From a virus, in the IMG/VR virus record IMGVR_UViG_3300030419_004857, positions 1 to 64,000 of that record: a DNA stretch of 64,000 nucleotides, one strand, 5' to 3'. The notes beneath the pieces are model-generated. The model saw nothing but the letters and a program-made list of their open reading frames with translations, was not told where the DNA came from and did not search any database. Shown one piece after another: positions 5,987 through 14,012 of this stretch; the stretch's first letter is position 1; every line of letters starts with the position of its first letter. The translations under genes were made by a program, and so were the position numbers.

Positions 5987-7200
5987 ATCAGGGTCGTTGA
6001 GGTGGCACGAAACGACCCTGATTGTATTACCTGAAAGCGTTGTTCGAATTTTCAAGCATTAGATTATGGGATTTCTAAAGTGTAGCATAATGCAACAGTT
6101 AAAAGTTCGCCGGTTTCTTGGTCTCCGAACACTCGATCCGCCGCACTTTAACGTGGCTAGCTTGAATAAGACAAGATAGCCACGTCGTCCTACCTAATGC
6201 TGTTCGAGTTTTGAAGCCTTAGATTGTGGCATCTCTAAAGTGTTGCATTATGCAACAGTAAAAGTTGGCCAGTTTCAAGGTTTCGCAACGCTCGATCCGC
6301 CGCTCTTTAACGTGGGTGAGTTGAGTAGGACAACTCACCCACGTCGTCCTACCTGAAAGTGCCCCGATTCGTATGCTTGAAGCCCTTCAATCCGGGCAAC
6401 TCTAAAGTGTAGCGAAATGATACACAAAAAGTTCCCCTAGTTCAAGCGCTCTCAACCCTCGATCCGCCGCACCTCAACGCGGGTGGATTGTAAAAGACAA
6501 TACACCCGCGTCGTCTTACCCAAAAGTTCCCCCGATTCAAACGCTTCAAGCCCTTCAATCTGGGCATGTTGAAAGTGTAGCATTATGCTACAAAAAAAGT
6601 TCCCTAGTTTCTTGGTCTCGCAACCCTTGATCCGCCGCACTTCATGAGGCTAGGTTGAGTAGGACAACCTAGCCTCATCGTTCTACCTAAACAGGTGCTT
6701 CAAACCTCGAACAATGCTATATACGGGCAAACACGACGCGACGTAACTCGTTGCTATTGCTGGACTTAGAGTGTAGCAAAAAGCCACACGCTAACTAACT
6801 TGTAAAAGATCGCACATGCTCATTTATCGCCGCCTTTGATGTGGCTAGGTTGAATAGGACAACCTAGCCACATCGGATCACCCGATCTAATGTTCCAAAC
6901 CTCGCACAACGCTATATACAGCCAAACGCGCCGCGCCCTAAGTCGTTGGTATCACTAGGCTTAGGGTGTAGCAAAAAGCCACACACTATCTAAGGCTTCA
7001 AACCTCGCACATGCTCACTTACGCCCATCTTCGACTTGGATAGATTGAAGAGGACAATCTATCCAAGTTGGCTTACCTGAAAGGCTCAAAACCTCGCACA
7101 TCACTATATACGCCTAACTGTCATAATGGCAGACATATGCTATATTGGCACTGTCATACTGGCACACTGCCACCCTGACATGTGTAGCATTATGCACCAC
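5987..7200. repeat. Non-coding degenerate tandem array of seven units (hairpin + GTYYTACCY + TGTAGCA-N3-TGCWACA-like palindrome)
   Basis: Hairpin starts spaced 164, 159, 167, 167, 195 and 195 bp; palindromes at 6081, 6241, 6408, 6576, 6772, 6967 and 7183; shared CTCGATCCGCCGC and AAACCTCGCACA blocks. Confidence 0.9.
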
Positions 7201-7369
7201 TGGCTCGGGCAATTGGCGCAAAAGGCACTTTAGGTAGTCTAGGTAAGGTGGGGTTTTCTGTTTGGATAGGTAAAAAGGGTAAAAAAGGAGAAAAAGCCGG
7301 GGTGGTGCTAACAAAATTGGCACGCCCATCAATAAAAGTATTAGCTAAACTGTCCCTATATGCCCCTTT

Positions 7370-7825
7370 TCATTCACCCAGCGCCCGCTTGTTCCCCTTT
7401 TTCTTCATCGCCGTTTCAGGATCAATCCCCTTATTCAACCTATTATAAAATGCCGCGTAGCTAACTTCGCACCTTTCATCCTCCACCCACTCGCCCACAT
7501 TCTTTTCTTCCCCAAAAGCCTCAATTTTCACATTAGACTTCATGTTATTGGCGTTCTCTTTCGGAGTCACCTCCCGCAAATTGGCCCTAGTGTTGTTCAG
7601 CCTGTCATTATCTAAGTGATCTACAAAGATATACGGACTACTAGTGCCCGCAACCATCCTATGCATCGACTTATGCCTTCCCCCAATTTTTGTAATGGCA
7701 TAGCCCTGCTTATTGATATGCCAGCTATACCTGCTCAGCCATGCATAATCTTCCGGGCTAACTTTTACATACTGCCCTGCCCCCGTCACGCCCCCCAAGG
7801 GGATCTCAAAATATAGATCACTCAT
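7370..7825 (-). CDS. HNH endonuclease (homing-type)
   Basis: SMHRMV...VDHLDNDRLNNTRANLREVT.KENANN motif. Confidence 0.85.
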   Translation of the reverse strand: MSDLYFEIPLGGVTGAGQYVKVSPEDYAWLSRYSWHINKQGYAITKIGGRHKSMHRMVAGTSSPYIFVDHLDNDRLNNTRANLREVTPKENANNMKSNVKIEAFGEEKNVGEWVEDERCEVSYAAFYNRLNKGIDPETAMKKKGNKRALGE

Positions 7826-8042
7826 TTTCTGATTCCTTTTTGTTTACGGTTTTACATACGCTCCTACCATGAGCCTTAGCTATACCCATTGAATATCGCC
7901 CTTTCCTCACTTGATCCACACTAACGCTGTCCTTTATTCCTAGTTCATACCTGATTCTGGTCAACTCTATTGAGATTCTTTCGTCTGTATATGTGTTACA
8001 CAGATTTTTAATGTAATCTTTTTCTTTTTCTGTGAGTTTCAT
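7818..8042 (-). CDS. Hypothetical small protein, possibly HTH-like
   Basis: ORF track 7818..8138; ATG at 8042 preferred; overlaps the HNH start. Confidence 0.55.
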   Translation of the reverse strand: MKLTEKEKDYIKNLCNTYTDERISIELTRIRYELGIKDSVSVDQVRKGRYSMGIAKAHGRSVCKTVNKKESENE

Positions 8043-8123
8043 AGTGTGACTTTCAAAGACTTCATGTGTATAATATAATATGGCGACTTTTAATTTTTCC
8101 GCACACATTTTAGGCCGTAAACC

Positions 8124-8297
8124 ATGAAAAGAATTCAAGCAGAATTAGCTATGCGTGCCAGTGCTGAGTTGGAAAAGGAGATTGAAGAAGAGCTTCAGAA
8201 GGAAGATCCCGATCCAAAACAGGCTAAGGCAATATTAAAAGCTGATGAAAATTCCAAAAGGGATGACCGAAGACCAAGTGATCGAGACAATAAATAA
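8124..8297 (+). CDS. Hypothetical charged protein (57 aa)
   Basis: Read manually, downstream of GTGTATAAT 8066-8074. Confidence 0.35.
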   Translation: MKRIQAELAMRASAELEKEIEEELQKEDPDPKQAKAILKADENSKRDDRRPSDRDNK

Positions 8298-8787
8298 AGT
8301 TATATCAAGATATATTTATAAATTTCGATTTGGTTATTACGAGTCAGAAGATATCAGACAAGAAGCTTTCATTATCGCAATGGAGGCTCTTGAAAGGTAT
8401 GACGAAGAGCGTCCGTTAGAAAATTTTCTGGCTGTCCATGTAAAAAACCGTTTAAGCAACTTTAAACGCGACAAATTCTTTCGTAAAGAAGGGGATTCTA
8501 CCAAAACCGACTGGAATTCCCCTAACAATGCTAAGAGGTTTCTTATGGAACCGCTAAATATTGACAATATCAGGGATGAGTACGAAGAGAATATGAAAGA
8601 TCCAGACGATTTTATTGATCGTATAGCCAATACAGAGATATTCGGCTTGATCGACAAGAGTCTGGACATCAAATACAGGGCAGACTATCTGAGAATGCTT
8701 GACGGAGTCTACGTCCCCAAGCCCCGTAGAGAACAAATCTACCAAGAGATACTCTCCATTTTAAGGAGCACCAATGAAGAAGGGTAG
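8245..8787 (+). CDS. Phage sigma70-family sigma factor (region 2-like; candidate late sigma)
   Basis: EDIRQEAFIIAMEALERYDEERPLENFLAVHVKNRLSNFKR resembles sigma region 2. Confidence 0.75.
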   Translation: MKIPKGMTEDQVIETINKVISRYIYKFRFGYYESEDIRQEAFIIAMEALERYDEERPLENFLAVHVKNRLSNFKRDKFFRKEGDSTKTDWNSPNNAKRFLMEPLNIDNIRDEYEENMKDPDDFIDRIANTEIFGLIDKSLDIKYRADYLRMLDGVYVPKPRREQIYQEILSILRSTNEEG

Positions 8788-9568
8788 ATTTTCAAAAACA
8801 GAGATCTCTTTCATTACAGAGAATCACGAAACTTTAAGCTATCAAGAAATAGCTTTAAAATTGAATCGTGATGCTTACAGCGTAGAGAACTTTATCAAGA
8901 GTAAGCTTGGTGAATCGATAGAAGATAAGAAAAGAATCCAAGCGCTCTATGATTTAAAAAACCGTCCCTACTGGGAAGACCTCAAAGGCCAGTTCAACGA
9001 ACACGAACTTGAGATGCTTTTATACCATTGGGGTCGCATCATAGGCCAATTCAGAGACGACGTTCTACCAACTGAAGAACTTCAGGTCTTAGACGCCATC
9101 AAACTAGAAGTCCTCATGAATCGCGCTCTAAAAAATCAACAAACGAACATGGAAGACATCGATACATACGAAGAGCAGATTACAGAAGAGAAGGGTAGAC
9201 CAATTGAATACCAAGACAGAGACTACATATTCAATCTTGAAAGACAAATAGCTGTAGCCAGAGCAGCCCAAGAAGCTCTAGGACGTGATTACAAAGACCT
9301 ACAAGTCAAAAAATCCGCCATGCTTAAAGATCTCAAGGCTACCAGAGAACAGAGAATCAAACGGCTGGAAGATTCCAAGCAGACATTCATATCTTGGGTT
9401 TCAAACTTAATGACCAACCCTGATATTAGACAAGAGATAGGAACAGAAATGGAAAAGATGCGTCTATCCATTAACAAAGAAAAAGAAAGACTATCTGAAT
9501 GGCATCAATACGAAGATAAGCTCGTAGATCAACCTTTCCTAACCCCGGACACTGTCAAGGATGAGTAA
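8774..9568 (+). CDS. Hypothetical protein with N-terminal HTH-like and coiled-coil regions (possible terminase small subunit)
   Basis: LSYQEIALKLNRDAYSVENFI is HTH-like; the TerS assignment is inference only. Confidence 0.45.
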   Translation: MKKGRFSKTEISFITENHETLSYQEIALKLNRDAYSVENFIKSKLGESIEDKKRIQALYDLKNRPYWEDLKGQFNEHELEMLLYHWGRIIGQFRDDVLPTEELQVLDAIKLEVLMNRALKNQQTNMEDIDTYEEQITEEKGRPIEYQDRDYIFNLERQIAVARAAQEALGRDYKDLQVKKSAMLKDLKATREQRIKRLEDSKQTFISWVSNLMTNPDIRQEIGTEMEKMRLSINKEKERLSEWHQYEDKLVDQPFLTPDTVKDE

Positions 9569-10344
9569 TGTTCGAATTCCCCAAGATAATGATAGCGTCC
9601 ATGCACCGTACTGGCCACCATGCTATTGCTATATGGTTAATGCACCAACAACTAGGCATTCCATACTTCCAGCTTAAAACTATTACCCAGTGGCTATTTT
9701 ATCTTGAAACCCAACAGGGTATAAGCTTTCTTTTAAATAACCCCCTAGTAAGAGACGAAAATCAACACCCAGACAAAGCCAACGTTTCTCAGATCATGAA
9801 AGACTACTGTGAAGCCAATTCTACTAATTTAATAATTGGTACACACGAACAACACAGTCTCAAGGATGTTGTCTGGTCCTGCGGAACTTCAGATGTGTTT
9901 GCAGTTAATACGAAACTAGTTGTTGTTTTAAGAGATTTTAAAAATTGGATTGCAAGCTGTATAAAAATGGCCGGTAGGGACGGAAAGCGGTATGATAGTA
10001 TAATCAACGACAATAAGATTAATCTTTACAAGGATCACTGCAAATTCTTTTTTGAGCCAAATGGAATAGAGTATGTCTTATTTAATCAGTGGTTTACTAG
10101 TGAGGAATACAGGCGGGATTTGGCGGCGAGATTAGATTTAGATTTTACTGACGCGGCTATAGATCAAGGTTCTCCTTTTGGGGGCGGAAGCTCTTTTGAC
10201 AAGATGGAGTATTTGAAGAGCGCCTCGATGATGAAGGTGAACGACAGGTATTCACAGATGGAGAATCACCCAATATACAAAAAGATAATTCAAGACAACC
10301 AAGAGATTTTGGAGATGAGCAATGAGATATTCACAAATCTCTGA
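9568..10344 (+). CDS. Sulfotransferase-like P-loop protein
   Basis: HRTGHH (5'-PSB-like) and LRDFKNWIAS (3'-PB-like) motifs. Confidence 0.65.
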   Translation: MFEFPKIMIASMHRTGHHAIAIWLMHQQLGIPYFQLKTITQWLFYLETQQGISFLLNNPLVRDENQHPDKANVSQIMKDYCEANSTNLIIGTHEQHSLKDVVWSCGTSDVFAVNTKLVVVLRDFKNWIASCIKMAGRDGKRYDSIINDNKINLYKDHCKFFFEPNGIEYVLFNQWFTSEEYRRDLAARLDLDFTDAAIDQGSPFGGGSSFDKMEYLKSASMMKVNDRYSQMENHPIYKKIIQDNQEILEMSNEIFTNL

Positions 10345-10366
10345 TTCTTGACTCGGTAAAAGAATA

Positions 10367-11194
10367 ATGTACGAAAATGTAAGAAAAATTTTGTTACCGG
10401 CCACACACCGCAGTGGTCATCACGCTGTTGGTGTCTGGCTTTTACATCAAGCTGAAGAAGTAGAAGATTTTAATATGCAAACTGTTCCTGATTGGTGGAA
10501 TTACTTGGTGGTCAAGGGTGGGTTAAGATTCTTTTTTAACAACGTCTTGAAAGAGTGTCCTTTTACAGCACCAGCACCGACTAGTATCGCCGTTTCTGAC
10601 AACGGGATGTACGTCAGTGTCGACGCGGCGACGATGATTAAGATTGGAGATCACTCTCATAAAGACATAGAGATGTTTATAGGAACACATGAGCAAGAAA
10701 CTTTAAAAGATGCAATTCGGCGTGGGGATAAATCAAGCTTTTTTTATAAACCAGATATGATTTTGATAATAAGGAGCTTTCATAATTGGGTAGCAAGCTG
10801 TTTGAAATATGCAAGAAGCATGAAAATTCGTGGTTCTATTTGGGTAGAACCTTTTAGCGAAACAAACATAGGCGTTTATATAGAGCATTGTAATCATGCT
10901 ATTAAAGGAACAGTGCCTTTTATTCTTTATGACGAATGGTTTGCTAGTAAGAAGTATAGGAAAGAGACAGCGGAATCTTTAGGGTTTCATTTTACAGATG
11001 CGGCTATTAATCAATTGTCTCCGTGGGGGGCTGGAAGTTCTTGGGATGGGGGCAAGTATTTAAAGAACGCCAGTGAGATGGATGTTTTAAATAGATACAA
11101 GCAGATGGAAGACGATGAAGAATATCAACAGGTTATACAAAATAACGAAGAGGCTATAGATCTCAGTAATCAATTATTTGGAAAAGTATCATGA
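10367..11194 (+). CDS. Sulfotransferase-like P-loop protein, tandem paralogue
   Basis: HRSGHH and IRSFHNWVAS motifs; collinear with the previous ORF. Confidence 0.65.
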   Translation: MYENVRKILLPATHRSGHHAVGVWLLHQAEEVEDFNMQTVPDWWNYLVVKGGLRFFFNNVLKECPFTAPAPTSIAVSDNGMYVSVDAATMIKIGDHSHKDIEMFIGTHEQETLKDAIRRGDKSSFFYKPDMILIIRSFHNWVASCLKYARSMKIRGSIWVEPFSETNIGVYIEHCNHAIKGTVPFILYDEWFASKKYRKETAESLGFHFTDAAINQLSPWGAGSSWDGGKYLKNASEMDVLNRYKQMEDDEEYQQVIQNNEEAIDLSNQLFGKVS

Positions 11195-11739
11195 TGAAAT
11201 ATTCGCAAACTCTTATTAAGCATCAATTATTTCTTAGGTGGTGGTTGTTTATTACCGCCGTAGTGGCTGCGTTTGTTTACATGGCTTTTCAGGGGGTTTT
11301 TGTTGATATTTGGAACAATGACAGCACCAAGTTAAGCTTCTTGCTTCTTGGGCTGTTTTCGGTAATGTCATTTTGGTGTGGGTACAAAACTTGGACTCTC
11401 AGTCGTTTTATAGACGAGGGCAAGGACGAGCCACATCTTATAGAGAGAATTGAGAGGCTTATGGAGGTTGGATGGTTTACAAGTGATCTTTGCCTGACAA
11501 TTGGTATGGTGGGGACCGTTATAGGTTTTATTATGATGTTGTCAGGATTTGCGACAGTAAATATAGCCGAAGTTCAAACCGTACAGGCTCTTATTAAACA
11601 GTTGGGCATTGGTATGTCTACATCTTTATATACAACCTTATCGGGTCTTGTCTGCGGCGCGCTGCTAAAGATTCAGTATTTTAATCTCAATCAAGCAATA
11701 GATACGGTTCAGAAGAATGAAGAGAAACTATCACACTAA
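11191..11739 (+). CDS. MotA/TolQ/ExbB proton-channel family membrane protein
   Basis: Four TM segments; IGMVGTVIGFIMML...GMSTSLYTTLSGL signature. Confidence 0.8.
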   Translation: MMKYSQTLIKHQLFLRWWLFITAVVAAFVYMAFQGVFVDIWNNDSTKLSFLLLGLFSVMSFWCGYKTWTLSRFIDEGKDEPHLIERIERLMEVGWFTSDLCLTIGMVGTVIGFIMMLSGFATVNIAEVQTVQALIKQLGIGMSTSLYTTLSGLVCGALLKIQYFNLNQAIDTVQKNEEKLSH

Positions 11740-12319
11740 CCTTTCGTTTTTGGACCTCTTGTTCAATACGCTGCTGTGCTTTGCGGCACTCTTTGCGCTG
11801 TCGTTTGTCTTGATAAACCCCAGTAAGAAGAAGAACAACGTGCGGATGAAGGCCGAGTTCATGATCACCACTACGTGGCCGAGAGATCTAGATGACGACG
11901 TTGATATGTACGTGGAAGACCCGCAGGGAAACTTGGTGGCTTTCATGCGTAGAGAAGAAGGCTTGATGCATCTGGATCGTGATGACTTGGGGCACAGAAA
12001 TGATAGTATAAATACCGAATGGGGTGTTATAGAGTTTAAGGATAATAGAGAAATAGTTACTATCAGGGGGACCGTGCCGGGCGAATATGTTGTTAATGTT
12101 CATATGTATATGAAGCGGAGCGCTGTGGTAGAGGTTCCGGTTACAATACAGTTAGACAAGATAAATCCTTATTCGACCGTCACGATTAAAGAAGTGATTT
12201 TAAGAATCAGTGGGGATGAGGGAACTGCTTTTAGATTCACTTTGAATAAAGACGGAGATGTAATTGATATTAATCAACTAAAGAAAAGCTTGATATCTCA
12301 GGGAGAAGCGCCACTATGA
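11717..12319 (+). CDS. Single-TM partner of the MotA-like protein (MotB/ExbD-like TM Asp, periplasmic YfaP/DUF2135-like domain)
   Basis: SFLDLLFNTLL TM helix; W..D.DDDVDMYV.DP.G, LDRDD.G and PGEYVVNVHMY motifs. Confidence 0.65.
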   Translation: MKRNYHTNLSFLDLLFNTLLCFAALFALSFVLINPSKKKNNVRMKAEFMITTTWPRDLDDDVDMYVEDPQGNLVAFMRREEGLMHLDRDDLGHRNDSINTEWGVIEFKDNREIVTIRGTVPGEYVVNVHMYMKRSAVVEVPVTIQLDKINPYSTVTIKEVILRISGDEGTAFRFTLNKDGDVIDINQLKKSLISQGEAPL

Positions 12320-12921
12320 GCATTCCGTTAGCATTTTTTATTCTCAGTGCGCTGCTGTTATGGCTCATCATTGGAGTTAAAGGGCGCTGGGGCGTGAAAG
12401 CCTTTGTGATTTCATTGGTTCTATATTCGTGCCTGTCAATTGACTTTTCTTTAGAGAATTTAATGGGGTGGCCATCGGATCAGTCTTTGCCGAAAGAGTT
12501 TCATGTTCACTGGGTTAAGATAAAAGAGCCGAACAAAAAAACATCTGAAAAGGGTTATATATACGTCTGGGCTACCGATCTAAATCGTTCTATCTCTAAA
12601 CAAGGATGGCAGGGATGGAAAGGGTATTTTATTTCTTTCCAGAGTTATGACCCAACAGAGCCAAGAGCCTATAGATTAGATTACTCTAAAGACAGACATG
12701 AACAAGCGCAGAAGGCTTTAGATATGATCCAATCTGGAGAAAAGGTTGGCGGAAAAAATAACGGCAAGGGAGGTGGGGGTAAAGGTAAAGGCAAAGGAGG
12801 CAAGGGTAAAGGAAAAGGAAACGGCAAGGGGTCAAATGGTGGAGGAAGTCTTAGTAGAAGCGACGATATCATTTTTCACGAATTGCCGCCATCTAAGCTT
12901 CCAGAAAAGGTTACAAGATGA
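12316..12921 (+). CDS. Membrane protein with two N-terminal TMs and a Gly/Lys-rich linker
   Basis: ATGA-coupled to the previous gene; hydrophobic N-terminus; GKG repeats. Confidence 0.7.
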   Translation: MSIPLAFFILSALLLWLIIGVKGRWGVKAFVISLVLYSCLSIDFSLENLMGWPSDQSLPKEFHVHWVKIKEPNKKTSEKGYIYVWATDLNRSISKQGWQGWKGYFISFQSYDPTEPRAYRLDYSKDRHEQAQKALDMIQSGEKVGGKNNGKGGGGKGKGKGGKGKGKGNGKGSNGGGSLSRSDDIIFHELPPSKLPEKVTR

Positions 12922-14012
12922 CAAAAACCGCTGTAATATTTGGCGTGTCTGGCCAAGATGGAAGTTACCTTTCCGAGCTTCTCCTTGAGAAGGATTACAA
13001 AGTTGTAGGCGTCATACGTAGGTCAAGTTCTCCCATCACTAGTAGAATTGATCATTTAACATCTGATAGCAACATGACCGTTGTAGAAGGCGATGTTACA
13101 GATTTAAGTAGTATCTACTCTATAATAGAAAATCATGAACCCGATGAGATTTATAATTTAGCGGCACAGTCTCATGTTGGTACATCTTTTAGCCAGCCTC
13201 TCTTGACTTGGGATGTTACAGCGATGGGGTGTTTAAATCTTTTGGAAGCTATTGTGCGTGTAAATCCGGGCATTAGATTTTATCAAGCAAGCTCCAGTGA
13301 GATGTTTGGGGACTCCTTTAGTGAGCACTACACTAAGGGAAAATTTCAAAACGAAGACACACCCTTTAATCCCCAATCCCCATACGCTATTGCTAAACTA
13401 GCAGCCCATAATGCAACAGAACTATACAGAAAGATTCACGGTCTACACGCTAGCTCCGGTATTTTGTTTAACCACGAAAGCGAGAGGCGTGGAGAAAAAT
13501 TTGTTACCAGAAAAATAAGTCGATATGTTGCAGATCTTTATAAGTTTTTATCTGATCATAATCACGATATATTAACTGGGGAAATTATTGATTATAGCAG
13601 CACCCATATCGCATTAGATGTTAGTAAGTTTATCGACACAAAGGCTAGCTGTTCTATTTTCCCCAAATTGGGATTAGGAAACTTGAGCGCTTGTAGAGAT
13701 TGGGGTTACGCTAAAGATTATGTTGAAGCCATGTGGTTAATGCTTCAAGAAGATAATCCAGAGACCTACGTTATATCTACTGGAAAAACATACTCCGTTA
13801 AAGATTTTCTTTCTGCTGCTTTTCAGGCCGTTGGTATCGTTGATTATCAAGTATACGTTACTGCTGATTTAAGTCAGTTTCGCCCGTCTGAAGTCCCGTA
13901 TCTAAAAGGAGACTCCTCTAAAGCCAAGGATCGTTTGGGATGGGAACCGAGAACTTCGTTTCAGGAGTTAGTTAATATCATGGTTCAATCCGATTTAGAG
14001 AGAAAACAATGA
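12918..14012 (+). CDS. gmd: GDP-mannose 4,6-dehydratase
   Basis: GVSGQDGSYL, YNLAAQSHV, FYQASSSEMFG, SPYAIAK, GILFNHES.RRGEKFVTRKI, RDWGYAKDYV. Confidence 0.96.
   Translation: MTKTAVIFGVSGQDGSYLSELLLEKDYKVVGVIRRSSSPITSRIDHLTSDSNMTVVEGDVTDLSSIYSIIENHEPDEIYNLAAQSHVGTSFSQPLLTWDVTAMGCLNLLEAIVRVNPGIRFYQASSSEMFGDSFSEHYTKGKFQNEDTPFNPQSPYAIAKLAAHNATELYRKIHGLHASSGILFNHESERRGEKFVTRKISRYVADLYKFLSDHNHDILTGEIIDYSSTHIALDVSKFIDTKASCSIFPKLGLGNLSACRDWGYAKDYVEAMWLMLQEDNPETYVISTGKTYSVKDFLSAAFQAVGIVDYQVYVTADLSQFRPSEVPYLKGDSSKAKDRLGWEPRTSFQELVNIMVQSDLERKQ

Larger units (their letters stand above)
675..7080. repeat. Family of 16 dispersed/tandem hairpin elements with conserved 3' motif GTYYTACCY (plus strand)
   Basis: Stems at 701-744, 1546-1577, 2851-2894, 3146-3181, 3909-3953, 4154-4190, 5213-5252, 5427-5462, 5621-5656, 5987-6022, 6151-6185, 6310-6344, 6477-6511, 6644-6678, 6838-6874 and 7034-7068. 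Each is followed within 0-2 nt by GTYYTACCY or a degenerate version (copies 6022, 6874 and 7068). Confidence 0.92.

Noticed and set aside
65-5987. Plus-strand ORFs of the ORF track (e.g. 979..1497, 2455..3123, 4151..4762)
   Set aside because: Shadow frames of GC-rich minus-strand genes; promoters and SD sequences point to the minus strand
675-7080. Integron attC cassette array
   Set aside because: No consistent RYYYAAC/GTTRRRY ends or extrahelical-base pattern, no integrase in the window, and the genes have their own promoters; only the cassette-like layout is similar
675-7080. Hairpins as ordinary intrinsic terminators
   Set aside because: No U-tract on the transcribed (minus) strand; only two copies have TGTTTT on the plus strand; the conserved flanking motifs and fixed spacing are unexplained by termination
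5987-7080. TIGR-type guide array or H-type pseudoknot
   Set aside because: Units are far longer than ~36 nt and no Nop-domain gene is seen; loop-to-flank pairing cannot coexist with a 14-bp stem across a 1-nt linker, so it is at most an alternative fold
5987-7200. CRISPR array
   Set aside because: No near-identical 23-50 bp direct repeats with unique spacers; the period is 159-195 bp, the inter-hairpin DNA is itself homologous, and no cas genes are present
12760-12846. GGT/GGC-AAA/AAG repeat as a DNA element
   Set aside because: Explained by a Gly/Lys low-complexity protein linker
11191-12921. Zorya defence system
   Set aside because: The MotA-like protein lacks the long ZorA tail, the partner lacks an OmpA-like domain, and no zorC/D/E genes are present
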